A DNA stretch of 64,000 bases from an uncultured delta proteobacterium (GCA_963760795.1 CAVXEP010000032.1:128001-192000); one strand, 5' to 3'; positions 28,110 through 38,453 are shown, numbered from the stretch's first letter. Program-made: numbers and translations. Notes: generated by a model from the sequence alone, not told the origin.

Positions 28110-29405
28110 CTACTGCTTGGGGCTGCGCTGTTCCTGGTAAAAATCACGGAAGCGGTAGTCTTTGAGGTGAATTAGATTTTGATAGGAGCCGAAGCGCTGC
28201 GCCGGGTCGTTGATCTCGTCGAGCAGGTCGCGGTGATTGTCTTCGGTCTCAAAGACGCGGACTTTTTGATAGGTGGTCGAGCGCTCCGCCGGGATGCGGC
28301 TCATCTCCCGGATCAGGCCGCGGAATTGCGACGGTTTCATTAACTGGCCGAATGCGGAACCGGCGGCGGTGGAAATGCTTTCGTTAATCAACGTGCCGCC
28401 AAAATCATTGGCGCCGGCGAGTAACGCGATCTGCGACAGCTTCGGCCCTTCCTTGACCCAAGAGACCTGCAAGTTGGGAATCCAGTTATTGAGCATCAGC
28501 CGCGACACGGCGTACATCTTCATCACTTCGGCGCCGCTGGCGCCATGGCGCAGCTCGGGAAGCGCCTGGCGATGGGACATCGGCGCTTCCTCGTAGACGA
28601 AGCTCAATGGCACGAACTCGGTGATGCCGCCGGTGCGTTTCTGCACGTCGCGCAGCACGCTCAAATGAATCGCCCGGTGACGCGGGGTCTCGATATGGCC
28701 GTACATGATGGTCGAAGTGGTCGGGATACCGACTTCGTGGGCGGTCTGGATCACCTCGATCCAGTTGTCGATGCTGATGCGGCCGGGGGAGATGCGCCGG
28801 CGCACTGCGTCGACGAATACTTCAGCCGACGTGCCCGGCAAGCTGCCGACGCCGGCGTCTTTTAGCGCCAAAAGGTAATCGCGGATGCTGGCACCGGTGA
28901 GCGTCGAACCGTAGAGCACTTCCTCAGGAGAAAAACCATGGATATGCAGTTCCGGCAACGCTTCTTTCACGGCGCGGCAAAGTTTGACGTAATGCCAACC
29001 GTCCATGCCGGGTGCCAGTCCCGCTTGAATGCATACTTCGCTGGCGCCGAGATCGCGCGCTTCGGTGGCGCGCCGGATGATCTCTTCGATGGGGAGAAAG
29101 TAACCTTCCTCAGCGAGATGGCCTCGGCTAAAAGCACAAAAGCCGCACTGCTTGACGCACACATTGGTAAAATTGATGTTGCGATTGATGACGTAGCTGA
29201 CCACGTCGCCGACGGTCTGGGCGCGCAGCTGATCGGCGGCGGCGAGCATGGCGAGTAAATCTGAACCGTCCGCCTCGAACAGCGTCGTCGCTTCGTCGAC
29301 GGACAGATCCTGCCCGGAAAGCGCGCGGTCGAGAATCGCCGCGGTGCCCCGCGACACGGTCGTCAGCAGTCGATTGAGAGACGATTCGAGGTGCGGCAAA
29401 TTCAT
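28110..29405 (-). CDS. cofH: FO synthase subunit 2 (radical SAM, F420 biosynthesis)
   Basis: NRNINFTNVCVKQCGFCAFSR (CxxxCxxC); PGTSAE, TSTIMYGH, TEFVPLSF, NLQVSWVK.G and ANDFGGTLINESIS motifs. ESIS and PLSF favour CofH over MqnC/MqnE. Confidence 0.85.
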   Translation of the reverse strand: MNLPHLESSLNRLLTTVSRGTAAILDRALSGQDLSVDEATTLFEADGSDLLAMLAAADQLRAQTVGDVVSYVINRNINFTNVCVKQCGFCAFSRGHLAEEGYFLPIEEIIRRATEARDLGASEVCIQAGLAPGMDGWHYVKLCRAVKEALPELHIHGFSPEEVLYGSTLTGASIRDYLLALKDAGVGSLPGTSAEVFVDAVRRRISPGRISIDNWIEVIQTAHEVGIPTTSTIMYGHIETPRHRAIHLSVLRDVQKRTGGITEFVPLSFVYEEAPMSHRQALPELRHGASGAEVMKMYAVSRLMLNNWIPNLQVSWVKEGPKLSQIALLAGANDFGGTLINESISTAAGSAFGQLMKPSQFRGLIREMSRIPAERSTTYQKVRVFETEDNHRDLLDEINDPAQRFGSYQNLIHLKDYRFRDFYQEQRSPKQ

Positions 29406-29541
29406 GGCGCGACTCTAGCCTGTCACTTGGAGAAACTCAACGCTGTCGCGCAGGGATCGCTTAGCGGCAGAGAGCCGACGAAAAAATCGCCGTCATGGGA
29501 AGAAATATTGCGCCACGAAGTGTTTCAGGTTTTGCACAGAT

Positions 29542-29623
29542 CTAGAATGTAGTGAGTCCGCCAACCGCATCGAGCGAGTGCGCCTTAGCAACGATGCGGT
29601 TCCCTTGGGTCACCACACCCTCC
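29542..29623. repeat. REP/REPIN-like palindrome, same family as 20977-21058
   Basis: gtagtgagtccgccaaccgcatc...gatgcggttcccttgggtcaccacaccc. Confidence 0.72.
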
Positions 29624-29700
29624 AAACCTTGCCGGCTTGGGCAATATTTTCGCTAACCCTGGAACCTCTCCGGGCCTGTACGGGGAGCGAACATCGCCGC

Positions 29701-30801
29701 CTAATGAACCCCGTTGCTGCTTAGATTGTAAAGCGCCTTGGCGTTGTGCGACAGGATTTTTTCTTTGACCGACGCGTCCAAGCCTTCCATCCGTTGAAAC
29801 TCGTTCAACGCAGTCACGGCGCTTGACGGGTCGGTGTGGCCATAGTCGGTGCCAATCACCAGGCGATCTTCGCCGCAGCAATTGACCACATAGGGCACGT
29901 CGTCGTTGGTCTGGCAGGTGACGTAGATCTGGTATTCGCCGAAAACGTTTTCGGGAAAAGTCCGTCCTTGGGCGCGGTAGCGGATCGCGGTCTCGCGGGC
30001 GATCCAGGGCACCCACTGCGCCGACGCTTCGATGAAGCCCCAGCGCAGTTTGGGAAACACTTGATGCAGCTCGCTCATGATGACATCGAAGCAGGCGGTG
30101 ACCGTCGGCACGCGGAACTGGGCGAAGCGGCCGGCCGGCGCTTGGCGATAGAGGTCGGCGTTCGCTGGATTGCCGTTGGCGATATGCACGGCGATCGAGA
30201 GGTCGAGATCGCTAGCGGTTTGGTAGATCGGATAAAAATAGGGATCGGATAAATGGCGGTCGCCTTCGAGGGGGCGCATGCACACGGCGACACCGCCGTT
30301 GCCCTTGGCGAACTTGATTTCGGCGATGGCAGCGTCGATGTCGAAGGCCGGCACGACGCAGGAGTAAAATAGCCGGCCATGGCTTTGCTGCGAAATATCG
30401 GCGAGCCAGCGGTTCCAACTGCGGCACACCGCGACTTCGGCCTGGCGGTTGGTGGTCACCTGTTCGATCCAGAAGGTGTTGTGTAACACCTGAACGTCGA
30501 TGCCCAACTCGTCCATATGTTTGAGGCGCAGCTCGACATCGTCCAGCTCGCGCGCCGCCTGCGGCGTGGCGAAATTCCGGCCGGCGCGGTCGGCGAACTC
30601 GCGCAGCTCGCGCTCGCTCAGCGTGAGAAAGCGAAAGCCGGCGATCTTGTCTTCCAAGACCCAATACTGGCGCGTCGGCTCGTTGGGCGTGGAATAAAGT
30701 CGCGGCCGGTACTTGCGGTCGGATTCATCGAGATAGTCCCAGGTGCGTTCGGTTTCGATGACATGGGCATCGGCATCGATGATCGGCAATGACTGAGCCA
30801 T
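29701..30801 (-). CDS. Amidohydrolase family protein (Amidohydro_2), close paralog of 11879..12961
   Basis: IDADAH; shares [31 protein letters not shown] and GTDYGH with the 11879 gene. Confidence 0.88.
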   Translation of the reverse strand: MAQSLPIIDADAHVIETERTWDYLDESDRKYRPRLYSTPNEPTRQYWVLEDKIAGFRFLTLSERELREFADRAGRNFATPQAARELDDVELRLKHMDELGIDVQVLHNTFWIEQVTTNRQAEVAVCRSWNRWLADISQQSHGRLFYSCVVPAFDIDAAIAEIKFAKGNGGVAVCMRPLEGDRHLSDPYFYPIYQTASDLDLSIAVHIANGNPANADLYRQAPAGRFAQFRVPTVTACFDVIMSELHQVFPKLRWGFIEASAQWVPWIARETAIRYRAQGRTFPENVFGEYQIYVTCQTNDDVPYVVNCCGEDRLVIGTDYGHTDPSSAVTALNEFQRMEGLDASVKEKILSHNAKALYNLSSNGVH

Positions 30802-30947
30802 AGGACGAACTCCTTTCGGCCAATAGATGAATGGTTGAAACTAGTGCGGATGGCGCGCCGCTGTCAAGCAAGCGGTGAGTTTTACCTTGACTCCCGCTCG
30901 CGGCGGCATATGATCTGCGCGGTATTGTTCGGTCGGAGTGGCAGGCA

Positions 30948-32105
30948 ATGAAAAGCGCCTACGGTCTTAAAATTCCCGAACCCGATGGCGAGTTGACTCG
31001 TGTTGGACCGGGCACGCCATGCGGCGAATTGATGCGCCGCTACTGGCAACCTGTCTGTCTCTCCGCCGATCTCAAGGATCTACCCAAGCCGGTCAAGATT
31101 CTCGGTGAAGAGCTAATCGCCTTTCGCGACGGTCAGGGGCGTGCCGGCCTGTTGTTCTTTCGCTGCAGCCATCGCGGCGCTTCACTGGAATACGGCCGGG
31201 TCGAGGCCCGCGGCCTGCGCTGCTGTTATCATGGTTGGCTCTACGATGTCGCAGGCAACGTCGTCGAGATGCCGCTCGAGCCGACGCCCAATCCATTTTT
31301 AAAGCAAATCCAACAGCCGGCTTACCCGGTGCGTGAGTTTGGCGGACTCCTGTTCGCCTATATGGGTCCGCTGGAGCGGCTGCCGGAGTTTCCCCTGTAC
31401 GATGTCTGGCAAACTGCCGGCGGTACGCTCAAAGCGCGCATGGGGCCGCGGGTCGGCGGCCCGGTCAATTGCAATTGGCTCCAGGCCGAAGAGAATTTGA
31501 TGGACGCGCTGCATACTTTTTGGTTGCACACACTGCACAGCGGGCCGCAGTTTCCCTCCCAGGCCTATGGCGTGACTCCCGATGATTTGCAATACGAGGA
31601 GACCGCCATGGGCATGCGCTTCATCCTCACGCGCAAATTAGCAAACGGCAAATGGTGGGAACTCATTTGGGAAATGCTCATGCCGCTCAATGTCCACTTG
31701 GTTTATACCGATGAGCCCAAGACCGAGCGCGTGCGCGCGGTGACCTACTGTGTGCCGGTCGACGATACCCACCAATTGGGCGCCAGCGTGCGCTGGCTGG
31801 CCGGCAACGAAACCGAGTCGTTGTCCGGCCGCGAACAGTTGGCGCCGGGTGGGCGCAAGGACAGCAGTTTCGAATACACCCAGCGTCATCCCGACGACAA
31901 GGAAGCTGTCGAAGGGCAAGGACCGATCGCGCTGCATGGCCTGGAGCATCTGGTGAGCTCGGACAGGGGAGTCATGCTGTTTAGAAAACTTTTGCGCACG
32001 GCGATTCATGAGGTGCGCGAAGGACGAGATCCCAAAGGCATTTTCCGTGATGCTGCGCTTGCCGGACATGTTCGCACCAGTGCCGGTAGCGTCGTGCGGG
32101 ATTGA
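30948..32105 (+). CDS. Rieske non-heme iron oxygenase, phthalate-dioxygenase-like alpha subunit
   Basis: VGPGTPCGELMRRYWQP; CSHR...CCYHGW; NWLQAEENLMDALH...LH; DD...EGQG; EHL.SSDRGV. Confidence 0.88.
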   Translation: MKSAYGLKIPEPDGELTRVGPGTPCGELMRRYWQPVCLSADLKDLPKPVKILGEELIAFRDGQGRAGLLFFRCSHRGASLEYGRVEARGLRCCYHGWLYDVAGNVVEMPLEPTPNPFLKQIQQPAYPVREFGGLLFAYMGPLERLPEFPLYDVWQTAGGTLKARMGPRVGGPVNCNWLQAEENLMDALHTFWLHTLHSGPQFPSQAYGVTPDDLQYEETAMGMRFILTRKLANGKWWELIWEMLMPLNVHLVYTDEPKTERVRAVTYCVPVDDTHQLGASVRWLAGNETESLSGREQLAPGGRKDSSFEYTQRHPDDKEAVEGQGPIALHGLEHLVSSDRGVMLFRKLLRTAIHEVREGRDPKGIFRDAALAGHVRTSAGSVVRD

Positions 32106-32122
32106 AAGATGGAGAGGAAGCT

Positions 32123-33136
32123 ATGCTGTGCAAGCTTGCGCTACTGACGGTTCTGCTGGGTTACGGTTCGGCTCACGGCGCCGAGATCATCAGCAATGAT
32201 TTGGTCGAAAAGGCCAAAGCCGAAGGCGAAGTGGTTTGGTATTCGACCTTGCCGCTGCCGGAAACTCAGGCCTGGGCGGCGCTCTTCACAAAAAAATACG
32301 GCATCAAGGTCAGCCTGTTTCGCGCCGGCGCCACGGCGATGACCCAGAAGCTGCAAACCGAAATTCCCGCCGGCCGCTGGGGTTTCGATGTGGTCATGAA
32401 TCGCGCCAGCAATCTCGAACTATACCGGCGCAAGAACTGGCTGCAAAAGATGAACTACCCAGAGCGCAATCGCTTTCTCGACGGCTTCATGGACCCGGAC
32501 GATTATTGGGCGGCGTACTACATTCAATTCTGGTCGGTGGCCTACAACACCAACATGGTGAAGCCCAACGATTTGCCCAAGAGTTATGAGGAACTGGCTC
32601 ATCCCAAATGGAAAGACAAACTGACCATGGACGAACAGGATGTCGATCTCTACGCCACTTGGCTCAAACTCATGGGCCGCGACAAGGGGCGCGAATGGTT
32701 TAAAAAATTGGTCGCCAACGGCCTGCGGCCGCGGCGCGGGCATACCATGGAAGCGCAGCTGGTCAGCGCCGGCGAGTTTGCCCTGGGCATCAGCGCCTAC
32801 GCCTCGGTGATCGAAAACATCCGCGCCAAGGGCGCGCCCATCGATTGGGTCGCCTTCGAGCCGGTGCCGGTGAACGTCCTGGCATGGGGCATCGGCGCCA
32901 AGCCGCCTCATGCCAACGCGGCGCGTCTGTTTCTCTATTGGGGATTATCCGTCGAGGGATTGAAGGCGATGAATGAAATTTCCGACCGGGTGCCGGCGCG
33001 CAAGGATGTGCCGATCAAAAACAAGCGGCTCGAACGCATGATGCAATCGAAGCTCGCGCCGGTGGACATGTCGATCGCCGACCGTTACGCCGAGTACAAT
33101 CAGGAATTTCTTTCGCTGCTGGGCTTGAAGCATTGA
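32123..33136 (+). CDS. Extracellular solute-binding protein (AfuA/SBP_bac_6-like)
   Basis: Signal peptide; AKAEGEVVWY, AYNT..V, LPKSYEEL.HPKWK and PPHANAARLF motifs. Confidence 0.85.
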   Translation: MLCKLALLTVLLGYGSAHGAEIISNDLVEKAKAEGEVVWYSTLPLPETQAWAALFTKKYGIKVSLFRAGATAMTQKLQTEIPAGRWGFDVVMNRASNLELYRRKNWLQKMNYPERNRFLDGFMDPDDYWAAYYIQFWSVAYNTNMVKPNDLPKSYEELAHPKWKDKLTMDEQDVDLYATWLKLMGRDKGREWFKKLVANGLRPRRGHTMEAQLVSAGEFALGISAYASVIENIRAKGAPIDWVAFEPVPVNVLAWGIGAKPPHANAARLFLYWGLSVEGLKAMNEISDRVPARKDVPIKNKRLERMMQSKLAPVDMSIADRYAEYNQEFLSLLGLKH

Positions 33137-33157
33137 TGGAGGTCGATGGCTTTTTTT

Positions 33158-33289
33158 CCGTCATTCCGGTCATAGCCCCGGCCTTGATCCGGCGGCGGCA
33201 TCCAGGTGTGATTACGTGGTGTGTCAAAGACGAAGATGGATGCCGGTTGGAATTTATCCTGAGCCGCGTCGAAGGGCCGGCATGACGGA
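33158..33289. repeat. GTCAT-type REP-like palindromic element
   Basis: ccgtcattccgg...ggcatcca ... tggatgccgg...ccggcatgacgg; similar to 58860-58930. Confidence 0.7.
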
Positions 33290-33324
33290 AGGTCAATCAG
33301 CGCCGCAAGAGGCATGCAAAGAAC

Positions 33325-34914
33325 TTAGCGCCGGCTGCGCGCTTTGGGTTTATCGATGGCCTCACCCCATCGTGAAAGAAACGCACTGACAAATCCATGC
33401 TGGCGTGGCGCCTCGACGGCAAGCGGCGCCAGCGCCATCGCGACAGCTAAAGCGATGTGGTAGCCGACCGAGTGTGATGCTTGGGCGCGCCGGTAGGCAG
33501 GATGCGCGCGGTTGACCCACACGGTCGATTCGGTCAAGCGGCCCAGTTCGATGTCGTCGGGACGGTCCGCGAATTGAATGTCCAAGCCGTAATGCGCTGA
33601 ACGGCGGACGATGGACTTACTCGGCAATTGAATTGAGCTGCCGTCGGCGCCGTAAGCATCGTTAGCTTCATGCACCACTGCTGACGCGGTGGCCGGGCTT
33701 GAATCTGTTGAAGCCGCTGCGGCGGATGGCGGGTTCTCGGTTGGTTCGCTCTCCGCCGCCGCGGTGAGCGATGCCGCGATGAAACCATGGCCATCGCCGC
33801 CGGCGCCGCGCACGCCCAGCGGCAAACGTTTTTGTCCGCCGGCTCTTTGCTCGACCAGAGAACCGAGCAAGGGAAAGTCCAGCGCCAGGTCTTCCAATAC
33901 TTGCACGAGGTCGCGCTGTAACGGCCGCACTTCCCGTGGTGGTGCTTGTTCGGTGCCGCTACCGCCATCACCCCAGAGTGCGAGCTGCCTGCCGACCGCT
34001 TCTTGGATCGCTTTGCGAAATCCTAAATAGGTCGCGCCGCGGGCGCCGGCGCGGATGAAGTCGCCCTTGTTGAGGGTCAGGCAGGCGGCGAGCTCCGGCA
34101 CTTCGATGATGCCGCCGACGCAATCGGCCGCTGCCGGTGTCAGACCCAGCCAGTCCCAGCCGCGCCGGATGACTTTCCCATAGGTGCTGATCGACAAACC
34201 CTGGCGCTCCTCGGCTAACGGGTGATCGGCGCGAATCAGGTAACCCGAAGCGGCGGCTTTGCGTTTGCGCATGAGGCGAATTGCCAAAGGCGCGGCGCGC
34301 GGCGCGCTCCAGTGCTGTTTCTCCAGCCGGCTGCCGTCGACCTCGATGGCGACGCCGCTGGGATAATGGCCGCGCAAAAACTCGTCGAAGCTGGGGTCCA
34401 GCAGGGGTTGAAAATGGCGCCGCAAGGTCATTGCTAAAAAGCCCGGATCGAGCAGCGGCGATAACGGATTTTCGACTTGCAGGCGCACCGCCGTGCCGCG
34501 TTCGGCGATCAGCTTCAGGGGTGCCACCCATTTCCACGGCGCGCGATTGCGCGCCGCCAGATGCCAGGAGCTGGCAATTTGAGTTTTGCCTCGGCGGGTT
34601 TCGGTGAACACTTCCTCACAGACCAAAAGCCCCAACTTGATGCCGACGCCCGCAAAGCCGATGCCTTCGCCGCGGCTCTTGGTGCTCGACGCGATGTTGT
34701 GAAAACGCGCCAATTCGCGGCGCTGCATGCCGCTACCGTTGTCGGTGACGGTCAAAGTGCGTGCGGCAAGATCGGTGAATAATTGGATCGTGGTCGCGCC
34801 GGAGTCGAGGGAGTTGGCCATGATTTCGGTGAGAATGGTTTCCTCGATGGAGCCAGGGTAGGCGTCCCGCAAGTCTTCGAGTAAATGTTGCAGATCAACG
34901 CGTGTCTCACCCAT
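33325..34914 (-). CDS. Uncharacterised GHKL (Hsp90/MutL/MORC-like) ATPase
   Basis: EIMANSLDSGA (N box), VTDNGSGM (G1), STKSRGEGIGFAGVGIKL (G2) and GTAVRL (T box); S5-like second domain; low-complexity linker and a C-terminal VWVNRAHPAY domain. Confidence 0.8.
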   Translation of the reverse strand: MGETRVDLQHLLEDLRDAYPGSIEETILTEIMANSLDSGATTIQLFTDLAARTLTVTDNGSGMQRRELARFHNIASSTKSRGEGIGFAGVGIKLGLLVCEEVFTETRRGKTQIASSWHLAARNRAPWKWVAPLKLIAERGTAVRLQVENPLSPLLDPGFLAMTLRRHFQPLLDPSFDEFLRGHYPSGVAIEVDGSRLEKQHWSAPRAAPLAIRLMRKRKAAASGYLIRADHPLAEERQGLSISTYGKVIRRGWDWLGLTPAAADCVGGIIEVPELAACLTLNKGDFIRAGARGATYLGFRKAIQEAVGRQLALWGDGGSGTEQAPPREVRPLQRDLVQVLEDLALDFPLLGSLVEQRAGGQKRLPLGVRGAGGDGHGFIAASLTAAAESEPTENPPSAAAASTDSSPATASAVVHEANDAYGADGSSIQLPSKSIVRRSAHYGLDIQFADRPDDIELGRLTESTVWVNRAHPAYRRAQASHSVGYHIALAVAMALAPLAVEAPRQHGFVSAFLSRWGEAIDKPKARSRR

Positions 34915-35029
34915 TGAAAAAGTCCTAATAGTCGAAAGTTATTCAGCGCCTTGGAGATCAATTGCCAAGCGATGCTGCAAAACCTAGCTAGCGATATCGG
35001 CCTGCCGGAGTCAAGCCGTTCGCTGATGG

Positions 35030-35163
35030 GGTTAGCATCGATGAGGCCGCCGAGGATGCCCGAGACGACCGGCGATGCGGCCGTTAACGAGCAAGAGCAG
35101 GGCAGCGGCGAGACCGATCAGCAGGCCGCCGGTCAAACCGCCGACGAGATTGCTTTCCGCCAT
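35030..35163 (-). pseudogene. N-terminal fragment of a YeeE/YedE sulfur-transporter-family gene
   Basis: MAESNLVGGLTGGLLIGLAAALLLLVNGRIAG(+1)VSGILGGLI matches the YeeE/YedE start motif GG.LIG.AA..L.L.NGRIAG.SGI; similarity stops after about 45 codons. Confidence 0.75.
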
Positions 35164-35178
35164 GAGAGTTTGCTTGGT

Positions 35179-36396
35179 TTACTTGGCGGTTTTCTTCGCC
35201 TTGGCTTTGGCCTCGGCGATCACCGGTTCCAATTTTTTCTTGAGCGCCGGATTCAACCGATAGGCTTTTTGGAAGTCGGCGTCGGCGTCTTTCTCGCGAT
35301 CCTGATAGATGCGGATGAGGCCGCGATAGACGTAAGCGTCGGTATGTTTCGGTTGCAGGCCGATCACTTCGGTGAAGTCCCGCGCCGCGAAATCGTTCTT
35401 ATCGACGCGCATGTAGGCCAGGCCGCGATTGAACGGCGCCTCGGCGTCTTTGGGATTGAGCCTGATCGCTTCGCCGTAATCGTCGATGGCCGCTTCGTGT
35501 TTGGCGAGTTTCCCCTTGGCTAGGCCGCGATTGTAGAACGCCTCGGCATTTTTGGAATTTAGCTTGATCGCTTCGTCGAAGTCGCGAATCGCTTCGTCGT
35601 ACTTGGCCCCGTCGGCATAGGCGATGCCGCGATTGTAATAGGCATCGGCGAGCTTGGGGTCGCGGGAGAGCGCCGCGTCATAGTCTTTGATCGCATCGTC
35701 TTTTTTATCGAGAGCGAGATAACTGTTGGCCCGGTTGAAATAGTTCTGCGCGTCTTTCGGGTCGATGCGCAGCGCAGCGTTTTGGTCCGCCAGGGCGGCT
35801 TCGTAGCGGCGCGCGTCGAAGTAAATACTGGCGCGATTGGTGTAACTCTTAGCGTCGTCGGGGTTGAGTTTGATGGCGCTGGTGTAATCGTTGAGCGCCG
35901 CCGGTTCCTGCTTCAAGCGCCGATAGGTATTGCCGCGATTGAAATAAGCTTCGGCGTCTTTCGGATTGAGCCGGATCGCTTCGCTGTAGTCTCTGACCGC
36001 CTGTTGGTTCTGGCCCAGATCGAAGTGGGCGTTGCCGCGGTTGAAGTAGGCTTCGGCCAGTTTGGGATTGGCCTTGATGACCTTGTCGTATTCGGCGACG
36101 GCCTCTTTGACTTTGCCGCTGTCGTGCAGTTCGAGAGCGGTCTTGAGCGGATCTTCAGTCTGGCCCGCCCATGCCGGAATCGTGCCGCTGAGCGCCCCGA
36201 TCAGTAATCCAACAATGACTGACTCTTGCCGGTTTGGCGTGAACAAAACTTTCACCACGAAGGACACGAAGAGCACGAAGTTCGGAGATGTGTTTTTCCT
36301 ATCCCTTCGTGTCCTTGGTGATGAGAAAAACCAACACAACGGTGCACAGGATCTCCACCGAAGCGTCAACAGCATAAGAGCCAGCGCGCGCGCCAT
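35179..36396 (-). CDS. Secreted tetratricopeptide-repeat protein with an in-frame palindromic insertion near the N-terminus
   Basis: About nine TPRs (AYFNRG..., A..DY.EAI.LNP); start directly after the stop of the upstream TPR gene. Confidence 0.88.
   Translation of the reverse strand: MARALALMLLTLRWRSCAPLCWFFSSPRTRRDRKNTSPNFVLFVSFVVKVLFTPNRQESVIVGLLIGALSGTIPAWAGQTEDPLKTALELHDSGKVKEAVAEYDKVIKANPKLAEAYFNRGNAHFDLGQNQQAVRDYSEAIRLNPKDAEAYFNRGNTYRRLKQEPAALNDYTSAIKLNPDDAKSYTNRASIYFDARRYEAALADQNAALRIDPKDAQNYFNRANSYLALDKKDDAIKDYDAALSRDPKLADAYYNRGIAYADGAKYDEAIRDFDEAIKLNSKNAEAFYNRGLAKGKLAKHEAAIDDYGEAIRLNPKDAEAPFNRGLAYMRVDKNDFAARDFTEVIGLQPKHTDAYVYRGLIRIYQDREKDADADFQKAYRLNPALKKKLEPVIAEAKAKAKKTAK
36251..36325. 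repeat. CACGAAG-type palindromic element inside the TPR ORF
   Basis: ttcaccacgaaggacacgaagagcacgaagttcgga...cttcgtgtccttggtgatgag; matches 49958-50041 and 58981-59058. Confidence 0.85.
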
Positions 36397-36399
36397 GAT

Positions 36400-37242
36400 T
36401 TACTTACCTTTTGTCGCAGCGATGAAGGAGGCGAGTTTGTCTTTCATGCTGGGGTCCAATTCTAGAGCTTTTTGAAAATCCTTCTGGGCTTCGTCATCCT
36501 TCTTCAGCCGCTGATTGATGACGCCGCGGTTGGCGTAGATTCTGGCATCCTTACCGTTTAACTTGATCGCCTCGTCATAGTCTTTCACCGCTTCGTCATA
36601 CTTGCCCAGCAGCGAGTAGGCGTTGGCGCGGTTGTTGTAGTTCTCGCCGTTTTTCGGGTCGAGCTTGATCGCCTCGCTGTAATCTTGCACCGCCAAATCG
36701 TTCTTGCCGATGCGCCGATGGGCCAGGCCGCGGTTGTAATAGATCTCGGCATCCTTCGGGTCGAGCTTCTGCGCCTGGTTGAAGTCCTGAACCGCTTTAT
36801 CGAACTGCTTGAGATTCAAAAACGCCAGACCGCGCTGGACGAAGACTCGCGGCGCTTTCGGGTCCTGCTTGATCACTTCGTCAAAGTCTTTTATCGCTCG
36901 ATCGTACTGCTTCTGGTTGAAAAAGACGTTGCCGCGGTTGAACTGGGCGTCGGTGAGATTGGGATTTAGCTTGAGCGCCTCATCGTAGTCTTTGAGCGCG
37001 TTGTCCTGCTGGCCCAATTTGGCGTAGGCCAGGCCGCGGTTGTTATACGCTTCGTCCGATTTGGGCGCTGCCTTGATGGCGCGGTTGAACGCAGCCACGG
37101 CTTCTTTGTACTTGGCTGCTTTGTATTGTTTCACGCCTTCGTTAAAGGCATTCTGAGCTTCGGCGCCAATCAGCACGGTGGGGATCAGAAGTAACGCCAA
37201 GCAACTCAAGAAATAACCCTTGATGGATCCCATGGTTGTCAA
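36400..37242 (-). CDS. Secreted tetratricopeptide-repeat protein
   Basis: Signal peptide and about seven TPRs (AYNNRGLAY, YYNRGLAH, YNNRANAY). Confidence 0.9.
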   Translation of the reverse strand: MTTMGSIKGYFLSCLALLLIPTVLIGAEAQNAFNEGVKQYKAAKYKEAVAAFNRAIKAAPKSDEAYNNRGLAYAKLGQQDNALKDYDEALKLNPNLTDAQFNRGNVFFNQKQYDRAIKDFDEVIKQDPKAPRVFVQRGLAFLNLKQFDKAVQDFNQAQKLDPKDAEIYYNRGLAHRRIGKNDLAVQDYSEAIKLDPKNGENYNNRANAYSLLGKYDEAVKDYDEAIKLNGKDARIYANRGVINQRLKKDDEAQKDFQKALELDPSMKDKLASFIAATKGK

Positions 37243-37364
37243 AAGCTTTAACCCATGGGTTGGCTAAAGTCCAATCTGCGGACGGCCAATTTGCCCTAGA
37301 CAAACGGCTAAAAAAGGAATAAATCAGAAGAAAGTTCCCGTTAACCTAATAGGAGGATTTACTT

Positions 37365-38427
37365 ATGACTACCGCAGCTGGAGTCAAGCTCACGGCCGAA
37401 CAGGTGCTCGGCCAAGATAAGATCGTGTCGTCGGACTCACATATCATGGAACCCGAGGATCTTTGGCTGAAGAATCTCACGCCGAGTCTCGCCGGCCAAA
37501 TTTCCGAAATTTCCGCCGCGCAATTCTCCCGGTGAGAAACCCGGCGGTTGGAATCCCAAGGCGCGCTTGGATGAAATGGCTGTTGACGGCGTCAGCGCCG
37601 AGGTGCTTTACGCCACCTACGGCTTGCGCCTTTACGCGATGGAAGACGCGCCGCTCCAAGAGGCGTGCTTCGAGATCGCCAACGATTGGATGATGGAGTA
37701 CTGCAAAGCGGCGCCAGGAAGGCTGTTCGGTATTCCGATGATCTCGATGTACAACATCCCCAACGCGATCAAAGAACTCGAGCGCTGCAAGAAGAACGGC
37801 ATGATCGGCTGCATGATCTGGCAGGTACCGCCGGACCATCTGCCGTTTACCAGCGATTACTACAATCCCTTCTGGGAAGCCGCCGGCGAACTCGATATGC
37901 CGGTTAACGTGCATATCTTGACCGGCTTCAACTATAGCCGTTTCGATCGCAAAGGTTTGGACACTTACCGCATGACGGTCAACCAGAAGCTCACCGATGC
38001 GGCGAACACTTTGTTCGACTTCGTCTTCGGCGGTCCCCTGGCGAAGTTTCCCAAGCTCAAATTGGTCTACGTCGAAAACGAAGTGGCCTGGATTCCTTTC
38101 TATTGCCACGAATGGGACAAGTACTATGTCCGCCACAGCCCGAAGGCGCCGCTGGCGTATATGAAGAAGCTGCCCGGCGAATATGTCAAAGACCAAGTGT
38201 TCGCAACCTTCTTCAGCGATCCGGCCGGCGGCCGCATGATGGATTGGTTCGGCGAAGATAATTTCATGTGGTCGAGCGACTATCCCCACGCCGCCTCCAC
38301 CTGGCCGCACTCGCGCCAAGTGATCGCCGACGAGTTGGGCCATCTGCCGAAGCAGGTCATCGACAAAGTCGTGCGCCAGAACGTCCTCGATCTGTACCAC
38401 ATCAAAGTCGACGGTATTAACAACTAG
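37365..38427 (+). CDS. Amidohydrolase family protein (Amidohydro_2; apparent +1 frameshift near 37492)
   Basis: AGGAGG RBS, MTTAAG...IVSSDSHIMEPEDLW, then (shifted) PGGWNPKARL, VHILTG, ENEVAW and WSSDYPH. Confidence 0.85.
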
Positions 38428-38453
38428 AACTAAACCCAGAGAAAGGAAGAACC

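Noticed and set aside
28110-29405. Annotation as MqnC/MqnE (menaquinone futalosine pathway)
   Set aside because: The C-terminal QVSWVK.G / ESIS and PLSF motifs fit CofH better, though an HMM check is still needed.
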